Assembly (NCBI GenBank): GCA_951406725.2
Contig: OX597816.1
Location: forward strand, 11,594,001 to 11,658,000
DNA length: 64,000 nt
Reading direction: 5' to 3'
DNA from: Octopus vulgaris
Taxonomy: Eukaryota
In this document: piece after piece, positions 36,731 through 50,220 of the stretch
Layout: each line of letters starts with the position of its first letter
How positions within the stretch are numbered: the stretch's first letter is position 1
Program-made: the position numbers and the translations under genes
Notes under the pieces: model-generated
The model's input: the letters and a program-made list of their open reading frames with translations, nothing else
The model's database searches: none
Told to the model about the DNA's origin: nothing

Positions 36731-37039
36731 TATAATAATAATAATAATAATGATAATAATAATAAAAATAATGAACTCTCTCATTGAAGTGTTGAAATCA
36801 GGCATTTAGTGAATGGTCAGTATTTCTCTCACAATGTGGATTATTGAGCAGTCTCCTTCATTTCCAATATTCTGCAGAAACATGTCTGGCCATGGGGAAA
36901 TATTTTCTTACTTGGAAACAGGTTAAATTTGGTGACAGGAAGGGTATCCATCCAGTTGTAGAAATTCTGCCCCATTAAACTCCAAGCTGAAATTTCACAC
37001 GCTCTGCCAACTTTTCTTTATAAAAGTTTAATAAATATG

Positions 37040-37471
37040 ATCAGCGTGATCATTACCAACGTTGACTTACTGGCACTCAAGCCCCGCGCTATTAAGGTAT
37101 TAAGAGCACTATCCGAGCATGATCATTGCCAGAGCGGCAATCTGGCCTCTGTGCCGGTGGCATGTAAAAGACATCATTCGAGCGTGATTGTTACCAGCAT
37201 TGCCTTACTGGCACCTGTGCCAGTGACATGTGTAAAAAGATTCGAGCAAGATCGTTGCCAGTACCGCCTGACTGACCCCGTGCCAGTAGAATGTAAAAGC
37301 ACCCACTACACTCTCTGAGTGGCTGGCATTAGGAAGGGCATCCAGCAGTAGAAACTCTGCCAGATGAAGATTGAAGCCTGGTGCAGCCATCAGGTTCACC
37401 AGCCCTCGGTCAAAATCGTCCAACCCATACTAGCATGGAAAGCGGACGTTAAACGATGATGATGATGATGA
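37040..37471 (+). mobile_element. Family C retroposon
   Basis: Colinear with other copies. Confidence 0.8.
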
Positions 37472-38920
37472 TTTTTGAGTAGAGGCATGGAAAAATAGAC
37501 TACAAGCAGGGAAATGTGGATGTCAAAACGATGCTGCTGTTGTTGCTGCTGATGATGGTGATGTATGATGAAATTGCCTATGATCAGCATTGCCAGGGAA
37601 ACTGCTCTTATTGCCTCTAGCATTATCACTAGCCCAGAATGCATATGACAATGTGCACGAGCTGATTGCACAATAACTGTTAATAAACTTTGGCTATTTT
37701 TGTCTTTCTTTTTTTTAGAATATATATATCTTTGTCTATATTCTTTTTTTCTGTTTAATGTGCATTTTCTAGTTTGATATTTTGGAGGGAAATAAGTAAA
37801 GAAATAATTTTTGTTAATAAAAGAAGAATATATTTCCTTCACAAATAAAAAATTTTTTGCTTTGTTTTATAAAACAAGAAAAGACGATGGAAACACTTAA
37901 TTGCCTTCGTATACCAAAATACTGCTTTAAACAGTTCAATTTTTCACCTAATTTCACTCGGTTAATTTTCAAATTTAGTTCATAAGTTGTGTCTCACTGA
38001 TGGAAACACTATAATAATTGTTTCTAATATAAGAACAAAGACAAAGGCAGAGAGCGAGCAGAACTGTTAGCTTGCTGGTCATTTTGCTTAGTGGCATTTT
38101 ATTAGTCTTGACATTTTGAGTTCAAACTCCACCAAGGTTGACCTTGCCTTTCATCCTTTCTGGGGGTGGGGGTCAATAAAATAAGTACCAGTTATGCACT
38201 GGGGTCAGTATAATTAACTTATTCCCTCCCTAGAAACTACTGGCCTTATTCCAAAATTTGGAATCAATGCAAGAATTAGGCCTAAGGTGGCAAACTGGCA
38301 GAATTCTTGGCATACCAGACAAAATCCTTAGCGGTATTTCATAGGTCTTTGCGTTCTGAGTTCAAACTGTGCCAAGGTCATCTTTGTCTTTCATGATTTC
38401 AGGATCAATAAAATAAGCAGTTGCTGAAACAGGGGTCAATGTGATTGATTTACATGTTTCCCCTAAAAATTCCTGGCCTTGCGCCAAATGAGAAGAAGAC
38501 CCATCAGACGGAAACTGAAAGAAGACTGTCGTATATATGTATATATATATGTGTGTTTGTGTTTGTGTTTGTCCCCCTAGCATTGCTTGACAACTGATGC
38601 TTGTGTGTTTACGTCCCCGTCACTTAGCGGTTCGGCAAAAGAGACTGATAGAATAAGTACTGGGCTTACAAAAGAATAAGTCCCGGGGTCAATTTGCTCG
38701 ACTAAAGTTGGTGCTCCAGCATGGCTGCAGTCAAATGACTGAAACAAGTAAAAGAGTAAAAGAGTAAGGAAAAGTTGACAGATTGCAGTTTCATCTTGGA
38801 GTTCAATGAGGCAAATTTTCTAGTGCTGGCTGGGTGCCCTTCCTGTTACCAACCTTAACCTGTTTCCAAGTGAGAATGACACCCTAATCATTCTGCCAGT
38901 CCCCACCCCAATAACACTAA

Positions 38921-39221
38921 TGTTTGCTCCTTCTTGAGCCACGCCTGGCTCATAGGGCCGGTTTCCCAGTTTCCTTGGTGTATAGGTTCCCCACCTGGAT
39001 GGGACACTGGTCCGTCGAAGGCGAGCTGCAAGATGCAGGAGGAAAGAGTGAGAGAAAGTTGTGGCAAAAGAGGCAGCAGAAGTTTGCCATTACCTTCTGC
39101 TAGAGCTGCGTGGAGCTTTGGTGTTTCACTCATAAACACACAAATCGCCTGGTCTGAGATTCGAACCCGTGATCCCCTGACTGCGAGTCTGCTGCTCTAA
39201 CCACAAGGCCATGTGCCTCCA
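38921..39221 (-). mobile_element. SINE family D copy
   Basis: Colinear with 533-834. Confidence 0.85.
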
Positions 39222-40150
39222 TAATAACAACAATACCTGTTACAAATTTTTGCACAAAGTCAACATTTTAGGGTTGGATACCCTTCCTAATGCCAACCAT
39301 TCTACAGCATACATTGGCTGCTTTTGTCATGCCATCAGCACTGGTGAGGCCACTATGCAGCTTGGAAGATGATGACCCCCACCAAGGGAGTGGTTTTCCA
39401 CAAAGAGGAGAGGGTTAAAGGATGAGTAAAGGGACCAGAGTCAATCAACAAGAACAACAGCATTTTCTTACAAAGTGTGTCAGTGTTTTGTTTATGTTTC
39501 CATAACTTAGCATTTCAGCAAAAGAGAATGATAAAATAAGTAGCAGATTAAAAAAACAGAACAAGTACTGGTGATAATTTGTTTGACTAAGATCCTTCAA
39601 GGCAGTGCTCCAGCATGGCTGCAGTCCAATGACTGAAACCAGTAAGAGATAAAGATTGGCACAAGACCAGAAAATTTACGAGAGGGGACAGCTGATTGTA
39701 ATGACTGCAGTCTTTGAGTGGTTCTTTATTTATTTTATCAACTCTTAGAAAGATGAAAGGCAATGTTGACCCCGGCAGAATTTATACGCAGAACATAAGA
39801 ATTTAAATCAATTATTTGTAATCAAAAGCAAGGAAGTAAATTCCTGAAAGTAAAAGTAGTAAAATGAGTTCCAGAGTCAAATTAAGAATATTTTCACTTT
39901 AGTAAATTAGTAAACTGACTTGAGGGCTCAAAAACAAAAAGAAAATATTATCGACTAATATGTAAACCATTGAGTCTACCGAAGAATATTTATCATTTTA
40001 ATAAGAAAGAGATTGATTCCCTAGGTACGTTCAAAAATTTTCCTTGTTTCACATAATTGGTAGCCTATTTCCTTATCTAAATTATCATTTAAATACTGCT
40101 GAATGTTCAATATTCTCTTCTTTGGAGTTAACTTCTATATATTAACTTAC

Positions 40151-40208
40151 GTACAAGTCATCAAATTTATTGGTTAACTCGTGCATGCGCCTGTTGTATA
40201 CAGTTGCT
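40151..40208 (-). CDS. Internal exon ATVYNRRMHELTNKFDDLY
   Basis: Acceptor gaaattag, donor GTAAGT, 58 nt, phase 2-0. Confidence 0.7.
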
Positions 40209-40231
40209 CTAATTTCAAATGTGGATGGTTT

Positions 40232-40562
40232 CATCATCATCATCATCATCATCGTTTAACGTCCGTTTTCCATGCAAGCATGGGTTGGACGGTTCGACCG
40301 GGGTCTGGGAAGCCAGGAGGCTGCACCAGGCTCCAGCCTGATCCGGCAGTGTTTCTACAGCTGCATGCCCTTCCTAACACCAACCGCTCCGTGAGTGTAT
40401 TGGGTGCTTTTTACGTGCAAGGGGAGGCTGGAAATGGCCACGATTGGTTGGTGCTTTTTATGTGCCACCAGTACAGAAGCCGGTCAAGGTGGTACTGGCA
40501 TCGGTCATGTACGGATGGTGCTTTATACGTGCCAGGGTAGGCTGGCAACGGCCACGAACGGT
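40232..40562 (-). mobile_element. Family C retroposon in a short intron
   Basis: Colinear with other copies. Confidence 0.8.
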
Positions 40563-40623
40563 TTATTTCCTAATAAAGAAGCACAAAATCTATGAGAGAA
40601 TAGGATGCTTGACTTCATTCTAC

Positions 40624-40690
40624 CTGGCTAGGAGTTCCAACCTTGCTTTGTCTTTTGTATTGTGATCATTAACAAACTGTGTAAATTCAT
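40624..40690 (-). CDS. Internal exon EFTQFVNDHNTKDKARLELLA(R)
   Basis: Acceptor ttcttctgttgtcag, donor AG/GTAGAA, 67 nt, phase 1-2. Confidence 0.7.
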
Positions 40691-40769
40691 CTGACAACAG
40701 AAGAAACTGGTCCCACTTTATGGTGTTGCAATTAATAAGACAAATATCATCATCATCGTCATCATCATA

Positions 40770-41201
40770 CTCTCTCTTTTTATTTGTTTCAGTCATTTGA
40801 CTGTGGCCATGCTGGAGCACCGCCTTTATTCAAGCAACTTGATCCCAGGACTTATTCTTTGTAAGCCTGGTACTTATTCTGTCGGTCTCTTTTGCTGAAC
40901 CGCTAAGTTACGGGGACGTAAACACACCAGCATCAGTTGTCAAGCGATGTTGGGGGGGACAAGCATAGACACACAAACATACACACACACACGCACACAC
41001 ACACATATAAATATATATATACATACATATATATATATACGACGGTCTTCTTTTAGTTTCCGTCTACCAAATCCACTCACAAGGCTTTGGTCGGCCCAAG
41101 GTTATAGTAGAAGACACTTGCCCAAGGTGCCACGCAGTGGGACTGAACTTGGAACAATATGTTCGTAATCAAGCTACTTACCACACAGCCACTCCTACGC
41201 C
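40770..41201 (-). mobile_element. SINE family A, full length
   Basis: Colinear with other copies. Confidence 0.85.
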
Positions 41202-41246
41202 TAGTTATTATTCTGTCAACAATTCTGACAGCATGCTGCAATCATA

Positions 41247-41875
41247 AGGTGGTGAGCTGGCAGAATCGTTAAGCATGCCAGGTGAAATGCTTTGCAGTAT
41301 TTTGTCTGTCTTTACATTCTGAGTTCAAATTCTCCTGAGGTTGACTTTGCCTTTCATCCTTTCGGGGTCAATAAATTAAGTACCAGTTGCATACTAGGGT
41401 TGATCTAATCAACTGGCCCCCTCACCATTTTTGGGCTGTGTGTCTAGAGTAGAAAAGAATAATTTATGCAATGGAGAGCTGGCAGAATCGTTAGCATACC
41501 GTGTGAAATGCTTAGCAGTATTTCGTCTGTCTTCACGTCCTGAGTTCAAATTCTGCCGAGGTCGTCTTTGCCTTTCATCCTTTTGGGGGCAATAAATTAA
41601 GTACCCTCCCCCAAAATTTCAGGCCTTGTGCCCAGAGTAGAAAAGATTATTATTATATTATTAAGGTGGCGAGCTGGCAGTATCGTTAGCACGCCAGGTG
41701 AAATGCTTAGCGTAATTTCGTCTGTCTTCATCTTCTGAGTTCAAATTCTGCTGAGGTTGACTTTACGTTTCATCATTTGAGGGTCGATAAATTAAGTACC
41801 AGTTGCATACTAGGGTCAATCTAATCGACTGGCCCCCTCCCCCAAAATTTCAGGTCTTGTGCCTAGAGTAGGAAA
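41247..41875 (+). mobile_element. Three tandem SINE family B copies
   Basis: Repeated head and core; flanked by ATGCTGCAATCA direct repeat. Confidence 0.8.
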
Positions 41876-42650
41876 GTATGCTGCAATCACGCTAGTACGG
41901 AAAAATTTGTTTTATGATTGTTAATAAAGCAAGTTAATACAAAAAATCCCCCAAAAAACTACCGACTAATCAGTGGAACTGGTCATTGATTCTTTCAGCT
42001 TTACACCTTGACAAGAAGTTTAGAAAAAAAGTACTAATTGGGGTTAGTGCAGTTAATGTTAATTAAAATTTTGGCAACAGTTTAGTTGACAAGCAAAATA
42101 TATTGGGAGAAATAAATCAATGATGATTAAGAGAAAAAACTGATTGGTTAAATATTTAAGATGATACTATTATGGAAATTTGAATCTTTGAATAAGAAAT
42201 GAGAGATTTTAATGTTACCAGACCCAATATATTTAGTGCTTGTTCTTCAAAATGGTGCAACATTCAGCCACATCATTTTGAACAGTTGGGGAAAGACACA
42301 TAAAAATCTTATTGCTTATTTCTGCGAGCCATTTAGTAAATGGTCTTAATTAAATTACTGATGCAAATATTTGAATTCCATTGTGTTACTTATTTACGAA
42401 AGAGAAATTAATCTAAAGACAAACAAGATAAAAAGAAATAAAATTATATTTCTGCTATAGAGATAATTTATTGCATAGTTAATTGGTAAAAATGTTAACG
42501 AATTAGGTAATAATAATAAAAGAAGTGAAACAGAATCATAATGATTCTCCTAAGAAACAAGATAATTTATCAGTAATGGTAAATAAAAGAATGATTTGAA
42601 GAATTTCAAACATTGTAATGATGACCTATATTTGTTGTGAGAGACCTAGT

Positions 42651-43294
42651 TTAACCCCTTTAGCTTTTAAACCAGTCATATCCAGCTCAAATATTCAACC
42701 TGTTCCATGTTCAAACTGAGCAGATTCCACTTCTCACACCTACCTAACAATGTCATTCTAATAATATACAATCAACATCATCATCATCATTGTTTAATGT
42801 CCGCTTTCCATGCTAGCATGGGTTGGACGATTTGACTGAGGACTGGTGAACCAGATGGTTGCACCAGGCTCCAATCTGATCTGGCAGAGTTTCTACAGCT
42901 GGATGTCCTTCCTAATGCCAACTACTCTGAGAGTGTAGTGGGTGCTTTTACATGCCACCGGCATGATAATCCTTTCTACTAAATGCACAGGGCCTGAAAT
43001 ATCAGGGGAGGAAGTTGATTACATCAACCCCAGTACACAACTGGAACTAATTTTATCGACCACAAAAGGACAAAATGCAAAGTCAACTTCATGGAATTTG
43101 AACTCAGAACATAAAGAATGACAAAATACCAGCATTTCGCCCAGTGTGCAAACAATTCTGCCAGCTTGCTGTCTTTGGTTCCAAAATTTGGAAATTTGGA
43201 AATTACAGTGTTACAAGTAATGCATGATTAATTTGAAATAGTGAGAATAAATAAGCATTACATTTGACGGAATAAGCTGAATGCTAAAGGGTTA
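42651..43294 (+). mobile_element. piggyBac-like MITE family 2 with two nested SINEs
   Basis: TTAA CCCCTTTAGC...GCTAAAGGG TTAA; uninterrupted relative at 28994-29217. Confidence 0.7.
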
Positions 43295-43446
43295 ATCAAC
43301 CCTATTGTATAACTGGTAAATAACCAGTTCATTTAATGTGTTGTAAAGTGGTCTTTTGCCACTGTTGTATCTGTCTTTTGATGATGGTTGTCACTCTGAC
43401 AGATATTGTTATATTCCGAAGACATCAATAGAAAGGTTCTATCTAA

Positions 43447-43848
43447 TTTCTTTACTGCCCACAAGGGGCTACACATAGAGGGGACAAACAAATAGATTAA
43501 GTCGATTAGATCGACCCCAGTGCATAACTGGTGCTTAATTTATTGACCCTGCAAGGATGAAAGGCAAAGTCGACCTCAGCGGAATTTGAACTCAGAACGT
43601 AACAGCAGACGAAATACCTATTTCTTGTCTACCCACAAGGGGCTAAACAGAGAGGACAAACAAGGACAAACAAAGGGATTAAGTCGATTATATCAATCCC
43701 AGTGTGTAACTGGTACTTATTTAATCGACCCCGAAAGGATGAAAGGCAAAGTTGACCTAGGCGGAAATTGAACTCAGAACGTAACGGCAGACAAAATACT
43801 GCTAGGCATTTCACCCGGCGTGCTTACATTTCTGCCAGCTTGCCGCCA
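43447..43848 (-). mobile_element. SINE family B dimer
   Basis: Two consecutive B bodies. Confidence 0.8.
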
Positions 43849-44089
43849 TATTGAATGTTCTATTGAATGGTTCTTTCTGGCACTGTATGACCACCAGTCA
43901 TGCACTGTTGTTATCCTCAAAAGGTTGGATCATTATAACATCCACTCAGTATCGCAGTATAATTACTATATCAGAACAGACACGACTATCAACACAGTCT
44001 ACACGTACTCTCGACCTTCTCCTGGTCCATTTATAATGGCTGACTACTACCACTTTTTACTGGAAATGGTGTACAGTTTCACTATACAA

Positions 44090-44335
44090 CACGAAGTATG
44101 GCTAATGGCTGTGGAGGCAGAAGAGGCTGCCTCAAAGTGGCTGTGAATCAGGATGTGTGTGGCCTGGAAGGGATAGTGTTACAAGGAATAGTGCTGAGGG
44201 AACGAAAGCTGAGGCTTCAACAATCCCAGATGAGTCACCGGGGAGAGAGTGTATCATGTTGTAAAACCAAAATATCTAATGACCCCCTGGAAATGTCACT
44301 GATGATGTGTCCAGGTGCATCACAAGATGATGGAT
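44090..44335 (+). mobile_element. Hero-like (R2-group) retrotransposon 3' end
   Basis: EAEEAASKWL*IR resembles the Hero C-terminal motif; 3' UTR ends ATGACCCC...TCACTGATGATGTGTCC. Recognised from memory only. Confidence 0.5.
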
Positions 44336-44364
44336 GGAAAAACTATGAAATAGATATCACAGTC

Positions 44365-45160
44365 ATCATTATCATTATCATCATCTCCATGTAACATCCA
44401 TTTTCCAATACTGGCATGAGTTGGATAGTTTGACAAGACCAGCCAATGCCAGAGCTACACCTGGTTCCAATGTCTGCTTTGGCATGGTTTCTACAGCTGG
44501 ATGCTCTTCCTAATGCCAGCCACTTTACTCAGTGCAATGGGTGCTCGTCACATGGCACCAGCAACAGTGCCTTTTATGTAGTACCACTGCCACTGCTTCT
44601 TATATGGCACCAGCACTAATGCTTTTCATGGCACACCAGCACCACTGCTTTTTATGTGACACCAACACAAGTTCATTTTACATGGCACTTGCACCAGTGT
44701 TTTCTATGTGGCACCAGTACCAATACATTTTATGCTGTACCAGCACCAGTGCTTGTTATGTGGCACCAGCACCAGTGTTTTTTACATGGTACCAGCACCA
44801 CAGCTTTTTACATGGCACCAGCACCACAGCTTTTTAAATGGCACCGGTACCAATGCTTTTTATATGACACCAGCACCACTGCTTTTTTCGTGGCACCAGC
44901 ACCATTGTTTTTTACAAGGCACCAGCACCACTGCTTTTTAAATGGCACCAGTACCAATGCTTTTTATATGACACCATCACCACTGCTTTTTCGTGGCACC
45001 AGTACCACTGCTTTTTGCATGGCACCAGTGCCAGTGCTTTTTAAATGGCACCAGCATCGTTGCTTTTTACATGGCACCAGCACTACTGTTTTTTTACATG
45101 GCACCAGCACGACTAATTTTTACATGGCACCAGCACCAGTGCATTTTATGTGACCCTAGC
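44365..45160 (-). mobile_element. Diverged family C element with about 30-bp minisatellite (TTTTTACATGGCACCAGCACCACTGC)
   Basis: Body 44365-44545, about 20 repeat units 44545-45160. Confidence 0.75.
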
Positions 45161-45248
45161 ACTGCCAAAGTCAGCAAGTGCTTTGCAGTACAAAATCCCC
45201 TCACCTGGGAAATATGAAACGATCACTTTTTGAACCACAATGATTTAC

Positions 45249-45312
45249 TGGCTGATATTAAACTTCTGCTTGCATAAGCATTACGAAGAAATATTTGCTG
45301 TTTAATTCCAAG
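45249..45312 (-). CDS. Internal exon LGIKQQIFLRNAYASRSLISA(N)
   Basis: Acceptor cattttacag, donor GTAAAT, 64 nt, phase 0-1. Confidence 0.65.
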
Positions 45313-45502
45313 CTGTAAAATGCATTAATCTCATCATTATATCTAAAATTCCTCTGATGCTATAAAGAAACTCAATGGAATTAGAAAGATAACTTAGAAT
45401 ACTCGTTTATAGATTTCTGTGCTAATTAAGAGATGGTAATATGATATGATTCTGATTCAGATAAAAAGAAAATAAAAGTGTGGAGCGTGTCAAAAGTAGA
45501 AG

Positions 45503-45890
45503 GCTGTATGGTAAGAAGCTTGCTTCCCAACCACATGGTTCTGGGTTCAGTCCCACTGTGTGGCACCTTAGGCAAATGTCTTCTATTGTAGCCTTGGGCT
45601 GACCAAAGACTTGTGAGTGGATTTGGTAGAGGGAAACTGGAAGAAGCCCATCATATATATGTACATATTTGTGTGTGTGTGTGTGTGCCTGTGTTTGTCA
45701 AGTCACCATCGCTTGTCAACTGGTTGGTGAGTTAACAGACCTGTAAGTTAGTAGTTCAGCAAAAGAGATCGATAGAATAAGTACTATGCTTACAAAGAAT
45801 AAGTCCTGAGGTCGATTTGTTCGACTAAGGAGGTGGTGCTCCAGCATGGCAACAGTCAAAATGACTGAAACAAGTAAAAGGATAAAAGAG
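45503..45890 (+). mobile_element. SINE family A
   Basis: Colinear with other copies. Confidence 0.85.
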
Positions 45891-46164
45891 TACTCATCGT
45901 TGACACCGTACTCATCGTTTTTATATCCACGTCTTTTTCCATGCTGGTGTAGGTTAGATGAGATTTGAGGAAGCAGTATTTCATGGCCAGATCCCCTTCT
46001 CAAAAAAAAACTGTTACTTTTTGTGAATGAGGAGCATTATACCATGACTTCACATGAAATTTTGTGCTACAGGACGTTGATCATGAGAAATACAAACACT
46101 CTCAATTCTAGCTGAATGATGCTGATGTAAGGACCTTCAGACAGAGAGGTGTATATATATCATT

Positions 46165-46535
46165 CATTCTAGTGTGATTGTTGCCAGCGTTGCCTTACCA
46201 GCACATGTGCCAGTGGGACGTGAAAGACAACATTCAAACATGGTCGTTGCTAGTGCTGCCAGACTGGCTCCCATGCAGGAAGCACATAAAAAACACCTTT
46301 TGAGCGTGGTCGTTGCCAGAACCACCTGACTGGCCCTTGTGCCAGTGGCATGTAAAAGCACCCACTACACTCTAGGAGTGGTTGGCATTAGGAAGGGCAT
46401 CCAGCTGTAGAAACTTTGCCAGATCAGATTGAGCTTGGTGCAGCCTTCTGGCTCACCAGTCCACAGTCAAACCGTCCAACCCATGCCAGCATGGAAAGTG
46501 GATGTTAAACCACAATGATGATGATGATGATGATG
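46165..46535 (+). mobile_element. Family C retroposon
   Basis: Colinear with other copies. Confidence 0.8.
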
Positions 46536-46577
<42 letters not shown>

Positions 46578-46654
46578 AATATTAGGGAATAAATCCAAAT
46601 TTACAGGGAAAAAATCAGATTTAGGATTAAATCCAATTTTATAGTAAAATATTA

Positions 46655-46931
46655 TATAATATTAATTAGAGACAACCACTATTTTGCAAAACAAACAAGG
46701 AAAGACTTAATCAATACATAAAATTTTAATAAAAAGTAAAAAAACCACCACTACAATTGTTTCATGTCTTCTAATGACAATCTTCATGTGGAAAATCGGA
46801 AATCCACCTGAAGATTGTCATTAGAAGACATGAAACAATTGTAGTGGTGGTTTTTTTACTTTTATTAAAATTTTATGTATTGATTAAGTCTTTCCTTGTT
46901 TGTTTTGCAAAATAGTGGTTTTGTCTCTAAT

Positions 46932-46940
<9 letters not shown>
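46655..46940. repeat. Near-perfect inverted repeat with arms of about 135 bp; Penelope-like pseudo-LTR fold-back
   Basis: 46663-46792 is the reverse complement of 46803-46933 with few mismatches. Confidence 0.85.
46804..46847 (+). ncRNA. Minimal type I hammerhead ribozyme within a long inverted repeat
   Basis: CCAC CTGAAGA T TGTC attagaa GACA T GAAAC AATT GTA GTGG; stem I CCAC/GTGG, palindromic ACAATTGT stem III. Confidence 0.7.
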
Positions 46941-46988
<48 letters not shown>

Positions 46989-47539
46989 TATGGCCACAGC
47001 TCATAAGCTGAAACTAGAATCAATCAATCAATCATATATATATATATATATCAAGACTGGAGCTTGGTGCAGCCATCTGGTTCACCAGCCCACAGTCAAA
47101 CCGTCCAACCCATGCTAGCATGGAAAGCAGACATTAAACAATGATGATGATGATGATGATGATGTTGATGATGATGATGAATGTTATGATTCTACTTAAA
47201 CATAGCAGAATTGGTAAGAGGTTGTTGGAACTCAATATATATTTATAAATAATATTACTAGTAAAATCCAGTAACAAGGAGGTGTGAATCATTAGAAGTT
47301 CTCTGCTTTACTCAAACACTTCATTCAAATAGCTCTGAAGAAGCTATTAGATGCCACACTGACACTCAAATCTAGGTTTATAATACCTTATAAAAGAAAC
47401 AACCTCAACCAAATGTGATTACATAATCATAGTTCTTGTCATTCATTTAATAAAATATACGTGTATGTGTGTATGTATGTATATGTGCAAATTTTTATTT
47501 TTTTGCTCTATGTATATATTCTCATGTATATAGTTACAT

Positions 47540-49565
47540 ATCTAGACATGATCATATATATATTTAAATGCTAAACTTCTGGAAAGTTTTACAGTTCTAG
47601 TGATGGATGGAATCTGTAGTCTTTGAATTAGCTTTCTCCTTTCTGGTTTTGCAAAACCTAATTTCTCAAGATTAGTATTTAGGCCATGTGTTGCGTATCC
47701 CAGGGCCCCAATAATAACAGGTATAAACTTGAACTTGTAATCTGAGCTTTCTACTGACATATCCATGCATAGTCTTCCACTCATACAAGCTCATCCTTTC
47801 ATGTGATGATACGTTGGAGTAGAGTCGTGCGACTTCTATGGGCATGTATTCTAAGCAATCAGACAAAGAGTGTCACTTTAAGTGACCTTAAGGAGCCACC
47901 TTCCAAGTCTTATGATGTTGTCAGCCTCATGCATGCAAACTTGGTCAAGAGATGCACTACAACACTTGGTGGTTAAAAGATGCTGCCAAAGGAATGTGAT
48001 AAAAAATTCAAAGGCATTTTGGATCGATGTTAAACCTCTGCCACCTTGTTTTCATTTTAAGTAGTGACAGTCTATGTCACAGTTTGTGTGGAAATTATGT
48101 GTGCTTGTTAGTATTTTTTGGGTTTTCACATCAATGGCTCAGATTTCATCAAATGTTCAATCAAGCAGCCCAAATTTTGGTATGAGTACTGGTACTGCAA
48201 ACACGTTGTGGGCTACTGTTTATTGAATGTAGTGAGTTCTGACGTTCAAATTTTCTTTATTTGGCTGTAATATACTTTAGTAACACGTGTTTTGTTACAG
48301 GTGATATTCTAAGATATGTCTTCAGCAACCCCTAGATACCTGGAACATTCCTCGTCAGATATAGGGGAAACAGTCAAATCATTGATGGAGATGTTGCTAG
48401 TCTGGTTTATACTTTTCCTCCTTTTCACAATAATATAACATTTATCCTGACAAAACTCCAACCCTATATACTTTGAGAATGTTGTAACCAGTTCAAGGCT
48501 CTTTTTCATCTTGTGCGTATCTTTGCATATAGTTTCCTTGTGAACCAGTGAGATATCCTTCAGACTTCCTTAACATGAATGACAAGGGGTTTACAGAAAG
48601 TATAAACTACCTTACAGAGAGACTGTCTTCTTGGAATACACCTTTGTGATACTGTATTCAATCAGTGACAGCACAATCACTCCTTGGATTTAACTTCAAG
48701 ATAGTGGTCTATGATGAAGTCAGGTCAACTATGGCTTTGACTATGCTCACTGGAACTTTAGCAAGTTGAAGGACTTCTAGCATCCATGAATGGGGGACAG
48801 AGTCAAAGGCTTTCTTGTAGTCTAGCCACATTGAAACTAGGTTCCTCCTATGCTCGCACACCTCTGAGATTATGGTTTTGTTGATTAGCAATTGCTCGGC
48901 ACATCCCCAAACCCCCTTCTTCCCAGCTGCTTGTTCTGCTGTAATGATGTTATTGATTTCCTAATGGTCCTGGAAGAAGAGGTTTAAACAAGTTCTAGCA
49001 TGCAATTGGCCAGTAGTTTTTTGCCATGTGGGTGGTTCTGCATTCAGGGATCAATTTTTGTCTTTGCCAGAACTAACTAATGTGGTATGCTACTGTTCCC
49101 ATTGAGAGCTTGCTGGTACTGATTGATAAGATATGGTCGGTAGAATGTTAGCATATTGTACCAATATCCACCAATCAAAAGGTAGAATTGTTAGCACAAT
49201 GGGTGAAATGCTTTGTGGCATTTCATCCATCTTAATGGTCTGAGTTCAAACTCCGCCAAAGTGCACTTTGCCTTTCATCCTTTTGGGGTCGATAAAATAA
49301 GTACCAGTTGAGCAATGGGGTTGATGTAATCGACGTATTCCGTTCCTGAAATTGCCAACCTCATGCCAAAATCTGAAATCAATATCCAGCAATTAAGTCT
49401 CTTCCAGGTGCTTTTCCATCCTTGAGTTTTTGGATCGCAGTAGCAAGAGTTTCACCATCATTGTTGTATGTTTTGGATGTAATATGCAGGAGCAATAACT
49501 TCTTTGGATTTCTTCCAGCCACAGAGCATATTGGTTAAACTCCTTCTCTTCACTCCAGATTTTCG
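47540..49565 (-). mobile_element. Degenerate R4/Dong-like LINE (RT and restriction-like endonuclease relic)
   Basis: QLLINKTIISEVCEHRRNLVSMWLDYKKAFDSVPHSWMLEVL, FSKYIGLEFCQDKC, RYLGV, FIPVIIGALGY; many stops and frameshifts; SINE inserted at about 49180-49380. Confidence 0.85.
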
Positions 49566-49573
49566 TATGTATG

Positions 49574-49607
<34 letters not shown>

Positions 49608-50220
49608 TGTATGTATGTATGTATGTATGTATGATTGTATGTATGTATGGGTGAATGTATGATTGTATGTATGTATGGGTGAATGTATATATACATGTAT
49701 GTATGTATGTATGTATGATTGTATGTATGTATGGGTGAATGTATATATACATGTATGTATGTATGTATGTATGTATGTATGATTGTATGTATGTATGGGT
49801 GAATGTATATATACATGTATGTATGTATGTATGTATGTATGATTGTATGTATGTATGGGTGAATGTATATATACATGTATGTATGTATGTATGTATGTAT
49901 GTATGATTGTATGTATGTATGGGTGAATGTATATATACATGTATGTATGTATGTATGTATGTATGATTGTATGTATGTATGGGTGAATGTATATATACAT
50001 GTATGTATGTATGTATGTATGTATGATTGTATGTATGTATGGGTGAATGTATATATACATGTATGTATGTATATATACATGAATGTATGCATGTATGTAT
50101 GTATGCATGCATGTATGTATGCATGTATGTATGTATGTATGTATGCATGTATGTATGCATGTATGAATGTATGTATGTATGTATGTATGTATGTATGTAT
50201 GAATGAATGAATGAATGAAC
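49565..50220. repeat. (TGTA)n microsatellite with a higher-order unit of about 60 bp
   Basis: GATTGTATGTATGTATGGGTGAATGTATATATACAT recurs about 7 times. Confidence 0.9.

Noticed and set aside
47325-47352. CTGAAGA as another hammerhead
   Set aside because: It sits in a simple hairpin loop with no downstream GAAA-stem III-UH.
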